Shown: positions 24,650 to 37,485, counted from the first letter of the stretch. The stretch is DNA of 64,000 bases from Gnetum montanum (GCA_015680685.1 MNCI01000596.1:810612-874611); one strand, 5' to 3'. The notes: generated by a model not told the origin, from the sequence alone. A program made the numbers and translations.

Positions 24650-24945
24650 TAGTTTAAAGTCTTGGTAGACTATTGGGTCTGCTAGTTTTAGCTCCCAGTA
24701 GACCATGATGTGCTATTTTAAGGTCCTAGTAGTTGTTTTGCTAGTTTAACATCATAGTAGACGGTGGATGGCTAGTTTAAGGTCATAGCAAACCATGTTG
24801 TGGGCTTTATGTCATGGCCCAAAGACATGCTATGCTAGTTTAATGTCATGACAGATGTTATATGCCATTTTATAGTCATAGTGGACTAGTTGTGCCAATT
24901 TATAGTTATAGAAGACTATCTGTGCTAGTTTTACATTATAGCAGA
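24650..24945. repeat. Degenerate tandem array, core GCTAGTTTAAGGTCATAGTAGAC, downstream of INT in C1
   Basis: About 10 copies at roughly 30-bp spacing. Confidence 0.85.
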
Positions 24946-24986
24946 TGTTTGCTTACCTTGCTTTGTATTTGATGTAATCCTTTGCA

Positions 24987-27900
24987 TCAAACGTAGTATG
25001 GCTTGAGGTACAAGTGGTTGATAGAATTTGTGAACTCATTACCATCCATATCAAGCAGTTTGAATGCCCTATTCTCATAGGCTTTCGTGACTATGAAAGG
25101 GCCTTCCTAGTTGGCTGAGAAATTTCTTATAGGTTCACGAATAGTCTTGAGGACTAGGTCTCCCTTTTTGATTAGCCATTAGTGTAAGTTACAATGATGC
25201 TTCTGCCGTTGTTTATCCTGGTACCATTCGATGTGACCAAGTGTTTGGGCATGCTCCTCCTCTACGGAGTCAAGATTAATGACCCTTAACTCATTGTTTT
25301 GAGACTCATCCACAATGTTCAAAAGGATCATTCAAAGTGATGGAACCTACAGTTCAAGAGGTAACACTGCTTTAGATCCATAAACAAGGTTGTAAGGAGT
25401 CTTACTTGTAGCTGTTCTGAACATTGTGCGGTAAGCCCACAACATGTAGAGGATTTGCTTGTTCCATCACCTTTTGCTACTGCTAAGAATCTTTTTTAGT
25501 AGGTTAATGATGGCTTTGTTTGTTGCCTCTACCTGACCATTTGCTTGTGGGTAATAGGATGATGAGAAAGAGTGTTTGATGCTAAGGTTGTCACAAAAGG
25601 TTTTGGTTTTCGTGCTACTAAATTGTGGCCCATTGTCTATCACAATAGTCATGGGAAGACCAAACCTTATCACTATGTTATCCAGGATAAAGTGACAAAC
25701 TTGTTGAGATGTGGTCTTTCTCAAGGGAATAGCCTATACCCACTTTGTGAAGTATTTAGTTGCGGTGATAATGAAGCTATGTCCTATAGAAGACTTAGGT
25801 GTGATGGGTCCTATGATATCTAGTCCCCAACATTTAAATGACCATGTGATCTATGTAGGATGTAATTCAGTAGGTGACACATGTATGAGATTTGCATGAC
25901 ATTGACATACATCGCATGTCCTAACCTTGGCAAAGCAATCACGTTCTATGCAAGGCCAATAGAACCCTCAGCTTCTGATTTTGGTTGCAATAGCCCTAGG
26001 AGCTATGTGTCCTCCACACAATCCATCATGAATTTCATTAACAATCTTTTGTGTCTCTTCATTGCTAACATAAGCTAGCAATATCCCATCAAAGGATTAT
26101 TTGCATAAGATGTTATCTCCTATGAGGACATACTGCCAGGCTTGTTTTTGTATTGCATCTTTTTGAGTAGACATCAAATCGTGTGGGGGTTTGTCATGTT
26201 GGAGGTAAGATTTAATGTTGGCATACCACTCTTGGGTGTTTGTTGCACTTAGAGATGTGATGTGCACTTCTTGAGTAATAGGATCTATGCATTCTATTAT
26301 CAAAGCGGGCAAAGTAGCAAATAGTTGGGATGGCATGTTCAATGGTAACGTGGATAATGCATTAGCTATAGTGTTCCCATTATGAGGCATGTGTTGAATT
26401 TCTGACATTGTGAAATGCTTTAGTAGACTCCTAGCTAGATTGCAATAAGGTTTCAAATGTGAAGCCTTACAAGTATAGACTTCAGTGATTTGGTTAATAA
26501 CTAACTATGAGTCACCCTAGATTGCTAAGGGTTGGATCTTCAACTCTTGAGCTACTAGAAGACCCCTAAGTAGTCCTTCATATTCAGCTACATTATTGGT
26601 GCAAAGAAATGTAAAATGGTATGTAAAGGGACAAATTTACCTAGATGGAAATGTAAGGACAGCAGCGGCGCTACCTCCTCATGTAGTTGAGGTGCCATTG
26701 AAATGGAAACTAGCTTTGAAATCTAATGGCATAGGACTTATGCTATTGATATGCTCATGTAGGAATTCAGGTTCTATTATTGTGTGATCATCAATGAGTG
26801 AAGTTGTAAGTTGTGTAGCTATTACTTGACCCTTTGTTGATGATTGTACCACATAATGTAAATCAAATTTTGCCGTTATGGCTTTCCATTAGGCTATTCT
26901 ACTACTCTCATATAAGTTAGTTGTAATAGCCCTAAGTATGTTGGTTTTGCATATGATGTTAACTTTACTATCAAACAGATAGTGTCTCCACTTTTTGAGT
27001 GTGAATACTAGGGCAAGACAATGTTTTTCGACTTCATTGTGCTTTGCCTCGTAAGCTATTAGTGCATGGCTTAAATAGTAGACCAGGATTTCAGACCCGT
27101 CATCTCTCTTTTGACATAGCAGTGCAGCGATGGATGTGTCTGAGATGTCAAGGTAGATGTAGAAAGGCTTATCCCTCTATGGTGGGTAAACAGTTGGAAG
27201 ATGTAAAAGCTCTTTCTTTAGGTTATCGAAGGCTTCTTGACATTGATCTATCCACTCGAAGTTGATCCCTTTCTTAAGCAAGTGTTACATGGGGTGTAGT
27301 TTGTTTGTCAACTTCATGATAAACCTTCTAATAAATTGTACTCTACCTTGCAACCTATGCAACTTCCTAAGGTTTGTAGGTGGTGCTAAGTTAACGATTG
27401 CTCTAACCTTATCAGCATATACTCGTATCCCTGTTTCCGACACTACAAAGCCTAACATGTGTCTGATTTTTACTCTAAAAACACATTTTCTAGGGTTGAG
27501 GTGTAGGTGGTGCCTATGACAATGTTGGAGAACTATATTTAGATTATTGGGATGATTAGTAGCTTCCTTAGTCTTAACTGCTATGTCATCAATGTAGTCA
27601 TTTAGCCTTTCTAAGAGGTAATCACTAAAGATGTATGTCATTGCTTGTTAATACATTGCTCCAGTGTTTTTGAGCCCAAAGGGCATCATTGTGTAGCAAA
27701 AATTCCCCCAAGGGGTCATAAAGGTAGTTGCTAACTAATTCTCTAGGTTGATGCAAATCTGGTTATAGCCCAAGAACCCATCCATGAAGTACAGTAAGGC
27801 ATGACTAGCCATAGTGTCGATAAGTTGATTGATACTTGGCAATGGGAAGTCATCCTTAATTGTTGCTTTTTTCAGGACTCGAAAGTCTATACAAATTCGT

Positions 27901-28460
27901 ATACCTCTTGTTTTCTTAGAAACTACAATGATGTTTGATACCCATTCCGGGTAATCGACCACCCTAATGGAACTAGCTTGGTAAAGCTTGGTGATTTCAT
28001 TGCGTACAGCTAGTGCAATCTTTGATTTGATTTTGTGAGCCTTTTATTTGACTACCTTGACACACGAATCGAGAATAATGTTGTGTTATATGAGCCACGG
28101 GTCCAGGCCTGGCATGTCTTCGTATGACCATGCAAACACTTTAACATTGTTATTGAGAACTTTTGAGATGTTTTGATGTACCTATGGATCTAGTAAAGAG
28201 CTAACTTTTAAGGTTTTTGCCTCACCTCTAAGCATAGTTAGAGGGATTTCAATGAGAGGGTCCTCAATCACATCCCCAACCTCTAGGTCTAAGGCTTGAA
28301 CTAGATGCTCAGGCCAGTCCAAGGGTGTTTCTAAGGGTGCAACGTAAGTGTCACAAGGAGGTGGCTCAAAGTCTATCAACTCTGGATTTAAGCACCTCAT
28401 AAATTTGCCATAGGGACCCGTCAGGGTCAACGGTGAATGAAGATCACTATGCATAGCCAT
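24987..28460 (-). pseudogene. C1 pol: RT, RNase H, archaeal-type RNase H (aRH), integrase; degenerate
   Basis: FAWSYEDMPGLD, KDDFPLPSI, FMDGFLGYNQI, MPFGLKN and YIDD (RT). YEAKHNEVEKHCLALV (RH). TNNVAEYEG..GDS*LVINQ (aRH). HHCC zinc finger, WGLDIIGP, DNGPQF, QANGQVEATNK and EGPF (INT). Confidence 0.95.
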
Positions 28461-28564
28461 TTTTCAATTGAACCTGCCACAATAAGCAAATAGACCAAGT
28501 CAAGTGATACCTGTTTGGGCATGTAATGAATATATGTAAAGCAATAATGCGACATAAGAGAATA

Positions 28565-29025
28565 GCCAGTTTATGGTCTTAGCAGACCACCACTATGCAA
28601 AAATTGTAAATTGAAGTTGCCAGTTTAAGGTCTTGGTGAACCATCACTGGGTTTAAAATATAAAAAAGAATGCTAAAATTGCAAGTTTAAGGTCATGGTA
28701 GACCATAATCACATAATGTTGTAATTTGGAGTTGCTAGTTTAAGGTCTTGGTAGATCACTATGTAACATTGTGAGTTGAAGTTGCTAGTGTAAGGTCGTA
28801 GTGGACCTTTACTAGGTCTATAATGCTAAAATTGTCAATTTGAGGTTGTGGCAGACCATAACTAGGCTATACTGTAAGTTAAAATTGCTAGTTTAAGGTC
28901 ATGGTAGACCATAACTGGGCTACATTGTAGAAAGAATGTTAAAATTGACAGTTTAAGGTCATGGTGGACCGTCACTAGGCTGTATTGTAGGTTAAAATTG
29001 CTAGTTTAATGTCTTTGCAGATCGT
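28565..29025. repeat. Degenerate tandem array, core TTGCTAGTTTAAGGTCATGGTAGACC, between the pol start and the antisense promoter of C1
   Basis: About 9 copies at roughly 48-60 bp period. Confidence 0.9.
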
Positions 29026-29192
29026 AACTATGCAAATTTTGTAAATATGAAGTGAAAATTTTGGTGGACCCACTTACTATGCTGCCAATAAGTGCTATGC
29101 TATAGTGGGACTATGCTATAGTACTGCTATGTTGTAGGGGTGTTTTGCGTTATTCAGGTCATGAAAGTGACAAGTGTTTTTACTACACTGGC

Positions 29193-29200
29193 TATAAATA
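29193..29200 (+). promoter_or_regulatory. TATA box of the C1 antisense gene
   Basis: TATAAATAGGGG, matched by TATAAATAGGGG in D1 (42218) and a TATTAAA-like box in A1 (about 15760, minus) at a similar distance from the start codon. Confidence 0.75.
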
Positions 29201-29261
29201 GGGGATTACCCCCTAGTAAACTTATCATTTTCACTATCAAAGCTAACCTTCAAAGTGTAGT

Positions 29262-32200
29262 GTGGTCAAGCTGAGAGAAAGAGCATAACAAGCATAGCAT
29301 AGCAGTTGATACAATGGATTTGTGACCAAGGCAATGGTGCGCAAAAGTGAACGCAGGCATCAGGTGCTTGCCAAGGTGGATGAAGTGAAGCACACCTTGG
29401 GCTGCCTCTCTATGGCATGTGTTGAGGAAAGGTTGGAGGATCCATCCAACCAGTAAGTGTTACGCTACCCTCATTTTCTTTTATGTAATGTGTTGAGTGG
29501 GGTTCTCATTGTTATGATTGTCAATATTGCTGCCCTGTAACTGTTGCTATTTCCTTGACCACTGCGGTCGTGGCAGTTTCTACGCTATGACTTGTGCATG
29601 GCATGATCTTGATCACCCTTGTTGATGGTTGATGCAGCACTGCAATGGGGGTTTGGGTGGTTCTGGGTGGCATAATGCTTTTCCAACATATTGTACCATC
29701 CTTAGAAGGGATTTTTTGTTTGCAAAGTTTTGGGGTAGTGTAGCACATGCTTGGCGTAGCGTAGCACAAGCAAAGGGAGAGTTTATTATGTCTGTGTTTT
29801 GCCTAGCCATGTTTCATGTGGTGGGGTAGGACTGGGACAATAGGAATGCTATGAGTTCTTTTTCGTAGGCCACGTTGTTTTGGTCATTGGCACTATTAGA
29901 TTGTTACATTTTAGTTCCTGTCATGCTATGTTGTTATGTTGCAGGCTTGTTACACTACCACGCTGACAAGCCTGTCACGCTGCTATGCTGTTAGACTTGC
30001 AATGCTGTTAGATTTGCTATGTTGCTATGCTACTAAGTTTGCTACATTGCAACACTTGTTACAATGTCCTTCTTGTCACATTGTCATGCTAGTTACATGT
30101 TGTGCTTGTTGTACTTGTTATATTGTTACACTTGGCATATTGTTGCATTTGTTGTACTTGCCACTTTGCTACACTACATGGGGTACAGTTTTCCTACTAC
30201 ATTGTGCATAACGCAACCATTACTATTGTGCAGAGTGTGGCTACTATGCTGCACTATACAGGATATGTTTGTCATGCTATGGTATGTAGGGGATAGCTGC
30301 TACACTGTGCAGGGTGTTCCTGCCATGCTACACTATGTGTGACACCTTGCTACGTTGAATACAACACTCAGTTCTATTTTGTTATTCTAGGGATTTATTG
30401 TTTTGTGCCTGAGGAAAAATTTGTAAGGGGAGGATCACAATATGCTACATGAGTAATCATCACTTGAACACAGTGTTAACGTTTGATGGTTTATCATGCA
30501 GGGTCATGTGGAAACCCATCTTGATTGTGCTAGAAGTGGTAAGCATCTTGTGTTGCTTGAGTGATCTCGTGGCCAATGTCCCTCCTCCCCATGCATGGGT
30601 GGGGCATCAGGTAGTCTAGTCCTAGGAGGGTGCTCAAGAGTTCTTAGAGTTCTTCCTTCACCACTTTAGTATGATAGTGTGGTCACACTTATCGACTGAG
30701 ACAACCACTATGCTCATTGAAACTTTGTTGCCTGGGGAAAATTGGGGCATCTTGAAGTTCATGGCTGAAAAGTCGATTAAGGGTGAAGGGGTAGAGGGCT
30801 CAAGTAGGAGGGGTCTAAGATGCTTGATTTGGATTTGGGACATTCCCAAATTCAAATGCTACCACAAATACAACACGTTGTTTGTTACCCGTCACATGTG
30901 CACCTACTTCCAGAAACCACTTGGGACTACTTATTGTGTTGGTGGGTGAGCCCCATGAAGATGTTTCAAGCATTTTTTATTATTTTTATTTCCTTTCATA
31001 GTCAAAAATGCTTATTATACTTTTCATGCTACTAGGTTTGTGATCGACAAGGATGATCTTCACGGTAACAAGGATACATTGGCATTGGCCCAAATGGCTT
31101 TGCTAAAGTTCTCCTCCACCAAGAACGTGTGTGCTAGTGTCATAGGAAAATTGGGGCTTGATTTCAAATCCTACCCAACCAAGTATGCCAAGTTCTATTT
31201 GAAGTGTAAGGAGCTTGGCTAGTTGGATAGAGAATGGGACAATCACTGACTTCTTATCATAGAAGATGTTTTGGTGGAAATTCCACCATTCCCTATACCA
31301 TTCAAACCTGGTATCTTAAGTTACATATTTTTTTATGTGTGTTCAAGTGATTGACGTTGCCTTTTATTTTTCTTTTGCTAACTTTATTGTTGATCATTGC
31401 AGCAGCAAGTGAATCCCAAGAGGTTATATTGATTACCTTTGAACATAATGAATCCAACCTTTTCTTCAAGTACGGGGAGGTGGAGGAGACTCAGCATTGG
31501 CTTTGCAATGGGGTCCTAGCCACCCTTGTTCACAACATTTAGAAGGATGGGCTAATGGACTTATTCCTGGCAGTAAATCCAACTGTCCTTGCTGTTGAAA
31601 TGCTTTCCCTAGCTAATTCCTTTTTCGAAATGTCTGATCGCTTCTGCACATGGATTCACAATGTGGAGGCAGTGTTTGAAATCAATGATAAAATTTTTGT
31701 AGACATTTTCGGTGTTCCCTCTAATGGCCTACCTATAGGGGAAAAATCTATCAAAGATGCAAACCATCAAGGGGACATAGAGGAATGGTTGGGGATAAGT
31801 AAGGACTAAAAGGGGATTTACATCTACAAGGTCAAGCTAGTAGTGGCCCAAGTGGTTTACCCTGTCTTCCAGGCTTGTGCCTTCCCCAAGCTACTCTCCC
31901 AAGGGAAAATCCTTGGAGTGGAGCAAACTTGGATTATGAGGAAGGTCGTGAAGGAAGGGACCCATTATAACTGAGCCAAGTACCTTTTTGAAGGCTTGCG
32001 TGCTAAAATGGTCAAACTTCGTGAGAAGCTTGACACACATTTCAATGTTCACTACACCTTCTTCATAGCTTGCCTATGATGGTTCATGGAATTCCTGATG
32101 GTATGTGAAAATGGCACTTGGGTACAGTAGGATCGTAACCAGATATCCAAGCCATGGATTTGCTAGGTGTTCTACACCACCCGATTCCAAGACCCCCAGA

Positions 32201-32634
32201 AGCTATTGGGGAATCTCTTTCGATAATGAGGGATCAGGTGGCATGATCCTTTCATGCCCATGACAGCATTGGAGAGGTGCCTCCCATCAACATAGGCAAT
32301 GTGTTAAGTGAGGAATATCTCATCGTTGAGATGGTGAAAACCAAGCTGCAACGGAAAAAGTCTCATCCAGTAGAGGAGCCTCCCCATACTACTAAAGAAA
32401 GATGGAGGAAGTTGCGAATCAAGGTTCGCAAGGTGAAACACACGGTTGGTAAGTATGCTTAACTGTTTGCTTAGCATAGCACCTACTACATTGTGCTACG
32501 TTGTGTAGCGTAGCATAACATAGCAGCCATTTTGTTTTGGAGTATCCTGCTTATTTTAAATGTGTTTATCAGAAGAAGAAGAAGAGGAAGAAGAGGTTTT
32601 GGCCCCTAATGCAGGGGCACCCATTGTAGAATAG
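29262..32634 (+). pseudogene. C1 antisense five-exon gene: FCP1/NIF-like pseudo-phosphatase domain plus PMD/Transposase_32-like domain
   Basis: Exons about 29262-29452, 30502-30945, 31036-31310, 31403-32448 and 32573-32634, with GT-AG introns in compatible phases (2,2,1,1). Motifs KPILIVLEVVSILC, EGAQEFLEFFLHHFSMIVWSH, NTLFV..FQKPLGT, GLMDLFL, IFVDIFGVPSNG and GTHYN*AKYLFEGL. Confidence 0.8.
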
Positions 32635-32717
32635 TGTAAAAGAATTATTTTATTTTGGTAAATCTATTATTTATTTATTTTTATTAATATGTTTGGGCCC
32701 CTCGAGGGCCTCTCGTT

Positions 32718-32895
32718 TTAGTTTTAGGCCATTTCTAGCTGTAGCAATAGTTTAAGGCCATTTTGGGCCATTGCTTAATGATAATTTTTTTTATTTTTAG
32801 CTATTTTTTTGAGAAGTGGAGTTGCCAGTTTTAGGCCTTGGCAGGCTGCAATGGTAGTTTAAGGCCATTCCGAGCCATCGCTAATTTTAGGTTAT
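32718..32895. repeat. TAGTTTAAGGCCATT motif array downstream of the C1 antisense gene
   Basis: About 5 degenerate copies, same core as the other arrays. Confidence 0.75.
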
Positions 32896-32989
32896 TTCGG
32901 GCTGTGCAAGGTATCGGTGACAAGGGTAATGCAATTGAAAAATGTGAATTGTCCAAACAGTGAACTTCAATATATAAAAAATGTAAATG

Positions 32990-33170
32990 GTGCAAACAAG
33001 AAATTTAACGTGAAAATGTAAATTATGCAATTGGAAAACTCAACGTGAAAATATAAATTATATAATCAGCAAACTCAATGTAAAAATGTAACGATGAAAA
33101 CAGCCAGTCAAATGTGAAAATGTAAGCCCTGCAAACAAGAAATTTAATGTGAAACATAAATCATACAATC
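32990..33170. repeat. About 39-bp tandem repeat (GCAAACAAGAAATTTAACGTGAAAATGTAAATTAT) just 3' of the gag-PR stop
   Basis: About 5 degenerate copies. Confidence 0.75.
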
Positions 33171-33210
33171 AAATGTATATGAATTCGCTAAAGTGATGTA
33201 ACAACAACTT

Positions 33211-36200
33211 TCAGTCATGCAACTAATTTCTAACCTTGTGTGGGTTAGGCGAGGCATATGGCCAAGAGGCCTTGCATTGGTATTCATCTATGTCATTGCC
33301 TACGGGTCGAAAGGGCTACTCGGTCCATGTGATTTCTTCATTTTAACTAACAATTTTGGAATGCTCATTTTTCAAGCATGGAATTTTAGTTTGAATGGGG
33401 AATTCATTTTCAAAGATTTCTATCTCTGAACCTTGCTCCATGTTCACATTGTTAATGGCTTGTGAGGCCATTTCGTCACCGCGAATTACCACTTCCCCTC
33501 CTGTGTAGGGTAAATGGATTTCCTGATGTATGAGTGAGGAAAAAATCCTTATCTGAGCCAACCATGATCTCCCTAGGATTAGGTTGAACCCAGGCATCTC
33601 TTCCACCATAATGGACACTACACTTGTAGGGAACTAGTCTCCTGCCATGAAGTTGATTTGGATAGTTCCCTTTACCACTACGTGCGTCCCATTGAATGAT
33701 TTCAGGTAGGAAGTTACCATGGGTTTGATTTGATCAACCAAGCCTAATTTGTCCACTATGGGAAATGGAATGACATTGGTAATGGCCCCTTCATCAACAT
33801 GTACCCTTCGGATCTTTTACTGGCCAACCCAAATTGTGATGAACATGGGTGTCGTGATCACCTGACCCTTTTCAGCATCATCCTTAATGGACTCATCAAG
33901 AAATGTCAACTGAGCTAGCCATGGTTCTTCAACTGTAGAGGGAAGCATGATAGCATGGATTACTTTCTCTTCAGTTGACATGTTTTCATCAACCGAGATA
34001 GAAGCTAACATGCGAACCATGGCCTCAAAATGCATGTGGAAGTCATTATCAAGTCATATAGGCTTAGAGTTGTGTTTTTCTGCTTCAAGGCTTGTTTGAC
34101 TTATGTAAGGGCATTGAGAAATTCCTACTCACCATCTTGTTGTTTGCTAACCCTTTCCTCCTCTATTTGTCCTAGCAGACAAATCTCCCAAGGGGGAGTG
34201 ATTTTTGGCTGACTAACTAGCTTTTTTGGCCCGACAAGCTTTGATTGTGTATGTACGTTGCCACCATCAATTGATGACAGAGAGGTCATGGGAACTGCAC
34301 AAAAGGGGGTAGGCTTAGGGGGACCTAGCGTAGTGTGCTTTCTAGCCATCTTGTCTACTAAGTGCTCTTCACGCTTTTTTGGATGAGGAGGCTATGGTGC
34401 AATTTTTGTTACCTAGCTTCGGGCAGTAGAGGAGCTTGGATGTTTTGGCACCTTAATGATAAATGGTGCTTGTTGTGTTGGTGTGGGTGGTGGTGTAACT
34501 TTGAGCACAAAGGTTGAATGGAATGTCTAATTAGAAACTTTAAAGACAAACATGACTTGTGATGTTTTTGTTGTTGTTGTTGGCATTTCTGTGTTACAAG
34601 GAGGCACACACACCACGAATGGTTGCTATGGTGGTTATGGATTACTGTCAATGCCAATAACATTAATGATGTATCCTACATTGTTAGCATTCATGGGGTC
34701 TTTGTAAACATGCATTGATTGGTTTTTGGGGTGGATGGGACTGCTCTCATCTAGGACCAGCTTGCCCTGATCAATCATGCATTGGATATCATCTTTCAAC
34801 ACTAAAAAGTAGCCTGTATCGTGACCACACAGTTGGTGGTAGTCATTCTAGCCTAAAATTCTTAGGCACTAGAGGTTCATTAGGCATAGCCAAGGAGGGG
34901 TTTTGTAAAACTTCATAGTACCTTTGATGGCATTTGATTGCCTCCTCCAGCATCCATTTATGTTGTATACACCTTTCTCCCAATAGTTGCTTCAAAAGTT
35001 TCGAAGGCTTAATGGGTAAGGGGGTATACTTGGAGCAATCCTTGTGCTCAAAGTTGGGCCTTGGCTGGGTTGGCACCATAGGTGTTGATGTTGAAGACTA
35101 TCCTGTGTTACTAGAGCCAAGTGTGGTGTTAGCAGTAGTGTTGGGTGCTGTGGTAGCCTTTTTGTTCTTGCTATTGTCAGGCTTGGTTTCTTTGGCCATA
35201 GTAGCCACTATTGTTGTCGTGCCTTTGCCCTTCTCTTTGTCTTTTTTGATATGTGAATTTTTTCATGTCACATAGGTAAGGTTCCTAGTAGCTTTGGCTA
35301 TGTCCTAAATGCTCTTGGTTTGTGAAAACGCTTGGCTTAGGGACTACAGGGCTAGGTAGTAGAGTTTAGACTTAATAAAGTCATTTACCATGCCCTTAAA
35401 GATAGCCAACAAGTGGGCCTCAGCAATCAACTCACGTATCTCATTCAAGGTTGTGCTCCACCACTATATGAATCTTTGCACAGATTCTAGCAAGTCCTAC
35501 TTAACACTCATGAGCTGGTCAAGTGTGACGTCCAGTTTCAAGTTATACTTGAAGCCAGTCACGAACTAATGTAGCAACTCTTCCAAGGTTGAGATGGAGG
35601 TGCATGGGAGTGCACGGTACCAATCCAGAGCTTTATCTGTTAGGGACATGGCAAAGACATGGATGATAGTGTGAGGCCATGGTTGCAGCAATAGGGATTT
35701 GGACCTGAAGGTCATCAAATGCACATTGGGATCACCCTTCCCATTGTAATTTGTAAATTGGGGGAGTGGCACCCCAAGGGGCAATGTAAGCATAGGAACA
35801 GCTGGGCTAATAGGGTCAGCATGGTAGAAGTCCATGACTTGAACAGTTTCAGAACCGATGACCTTCAGTTGTTTGATTTCTTTAATGAGGGTTTGGATGA
35901 GTTGGAAAGCTTGATCTAGACCTGGGGACATCACAAACAGTTGTAGAGCTACCTAAGTAGCCATCATGGGTGATGCTATTGGGGAAACAACCTATCCCAT
36001 GGGAGGCACCGTTGATGCTGCTCCAGTGAGTGGTGTTGCCTAGGCTGTCCACCACCTAGTGGATGGTGCTATTGGGGCAATAGCTATTAGTGGCACCATG
36101 GGGTTGGCTACTTGCCTAATAGGTAGGGTATCCCATAACCCTGTGTTTGGTTGTACCACTTGCAGGACTTGGTACGCTTGGTGTTGAACATAATGTAACA

Positions 36201-37040
36201 TCTGAGAGGGTTGCGCAGTAGGGAGGGGAGCAACTCATGCCCACCATGTGGTTGAGATTGGGTCTGCTACTGGTGATGGGATGGATGCGGACAAGGGAAC
36301 AAGAGTAGAATCCACATGTAGTTGTGACATAGGCACAGTGTGCACGTATGGCAGTGTAGCTATGACTGATGTTGGGTATGATGCCAAAATAGATTGTGAT
36401 GCTAAAACAGACTGGGAAGGAAAGGTGACTAGAAGTGAAGTTGAAGGGGTTGTGTGCTAATAGGTTGAAATCATGGGATGGATGCCCACTACTGATGAGG
36501 GTGTGAGCTATGGTAGGGTTGGGGTGACAATGAATGGGGCAGAAGAGAAGAGCAGGTTTGACTAGAAGACAGTAGTGGAAGGGATAGCCGCGGTGTAGAT
36601 ATGGCCACCACCTTCGAAGTGGGAGTCCAAGTATTCCTGCCCATCCTAAAACACCTCATCATAGTGGGATGTCATGTCTTGTTCCTTAGACCTACTCACT
36701 TGCATTAGTTTCTTTAACACCCATTGATACGCTTCAGACAACGGGATGATGACAGCAAGAGCATGAATGAACTCCCTCCCGTTTCGATGGAGGAACTCAA
36801 AGTTATGTTTATCTTCAAGTTCCTGGTGATCTAGGGGTGGATTTGCTTGAACTTTTTCACAGAGGAAATTGTATCACTTTGCATCTTGTGCCAAATGCTT
36901 GGGTGATAGCTATCATAGCCTAAGGGATTGTCATTGTACTAGCACAAGGCTAGGCTATCGCTCTGTACCTGTCACATGTTAGATAAAGTAAGGTACCTCC
37001 AAGTTTGATGTGGGAACTACTATGGTAATGGGATTCATTT
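33211..37040 (-). pseudogene. C1 gag-protease, degenerate
   Basis: YNGKGDPNVHLMTF..SLTDKALDWYRAL (gag), zinc-knuckle remnant near 34780-34850, RRVHVDEGAITNVIP and FNLILGRSWL (PR). Ends VRN*LHD* at 33211. The start is approximate. Confidence 0.9.
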
Positions 37041-37463
37041 TTTGTTATGAAACTGGTGGAAGAAAGAAGGGTATGCATGAGGAGGAGTTGCAAGTAGCGT
37101 GTTGTTACGTTGAGCAGTAGTAGTGAAAGCTGTAGGAGAGGAGGCTAAAACTAGGTAGTTTGGGAAGTGTCAGAAGCTAGCTTCATTCATTGTTACACTT
37201 GCTATGCTGGGCAGAGCTACTATGCTAGGAGATTCACTACACCACACGAGATGCATGTAGTGTAGCGTAGTTAACAAAGTAAATGCAATACTATAAGCGG
37301 TTGGAGGCTTTCATCCTGTAGGATTCCAGGGGAACCATCATTGTGACTAGTCTGCACCACCTAGTGCGTAGACAACCACAAGGGTGTCATGTCTACACTA
37401 GTAGGTGACGAGGTATAAAAAAATTGCAAGATTACCTATGATACGTAGAAAGGGCACAAAGGG

Positions 37464-37480
37464 CGCTCCTTCTAGTGCCA
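37464..37480 (-). promoter_or_regulatory. C1 primer-binding site (tRNA-Asn type)
   Basis: TGGCACTAGAAGGAGCG on minus after a GTTTT spacer. It matches the TGGCGCTAGAAGGAGGG complement of the plant tRNA-Asn 3' end as I recall it. Confidence 0.8.
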
Positions 37481-37485
37481 AAAAC

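Noticed and set aside
28565-29025. CRISPR-like repeat-spacer appearance
   Set aside because: The repeats are degenerate, the spacers resemble each other, there are no cas genes, and the context is a plant retrotransposon.
29521-30342. Overlapping Cys/Tyr/Leu-rich ORFs
   Set aside because: They are products of TGCTAC-type repeats in intron 1 of the antisense gene.
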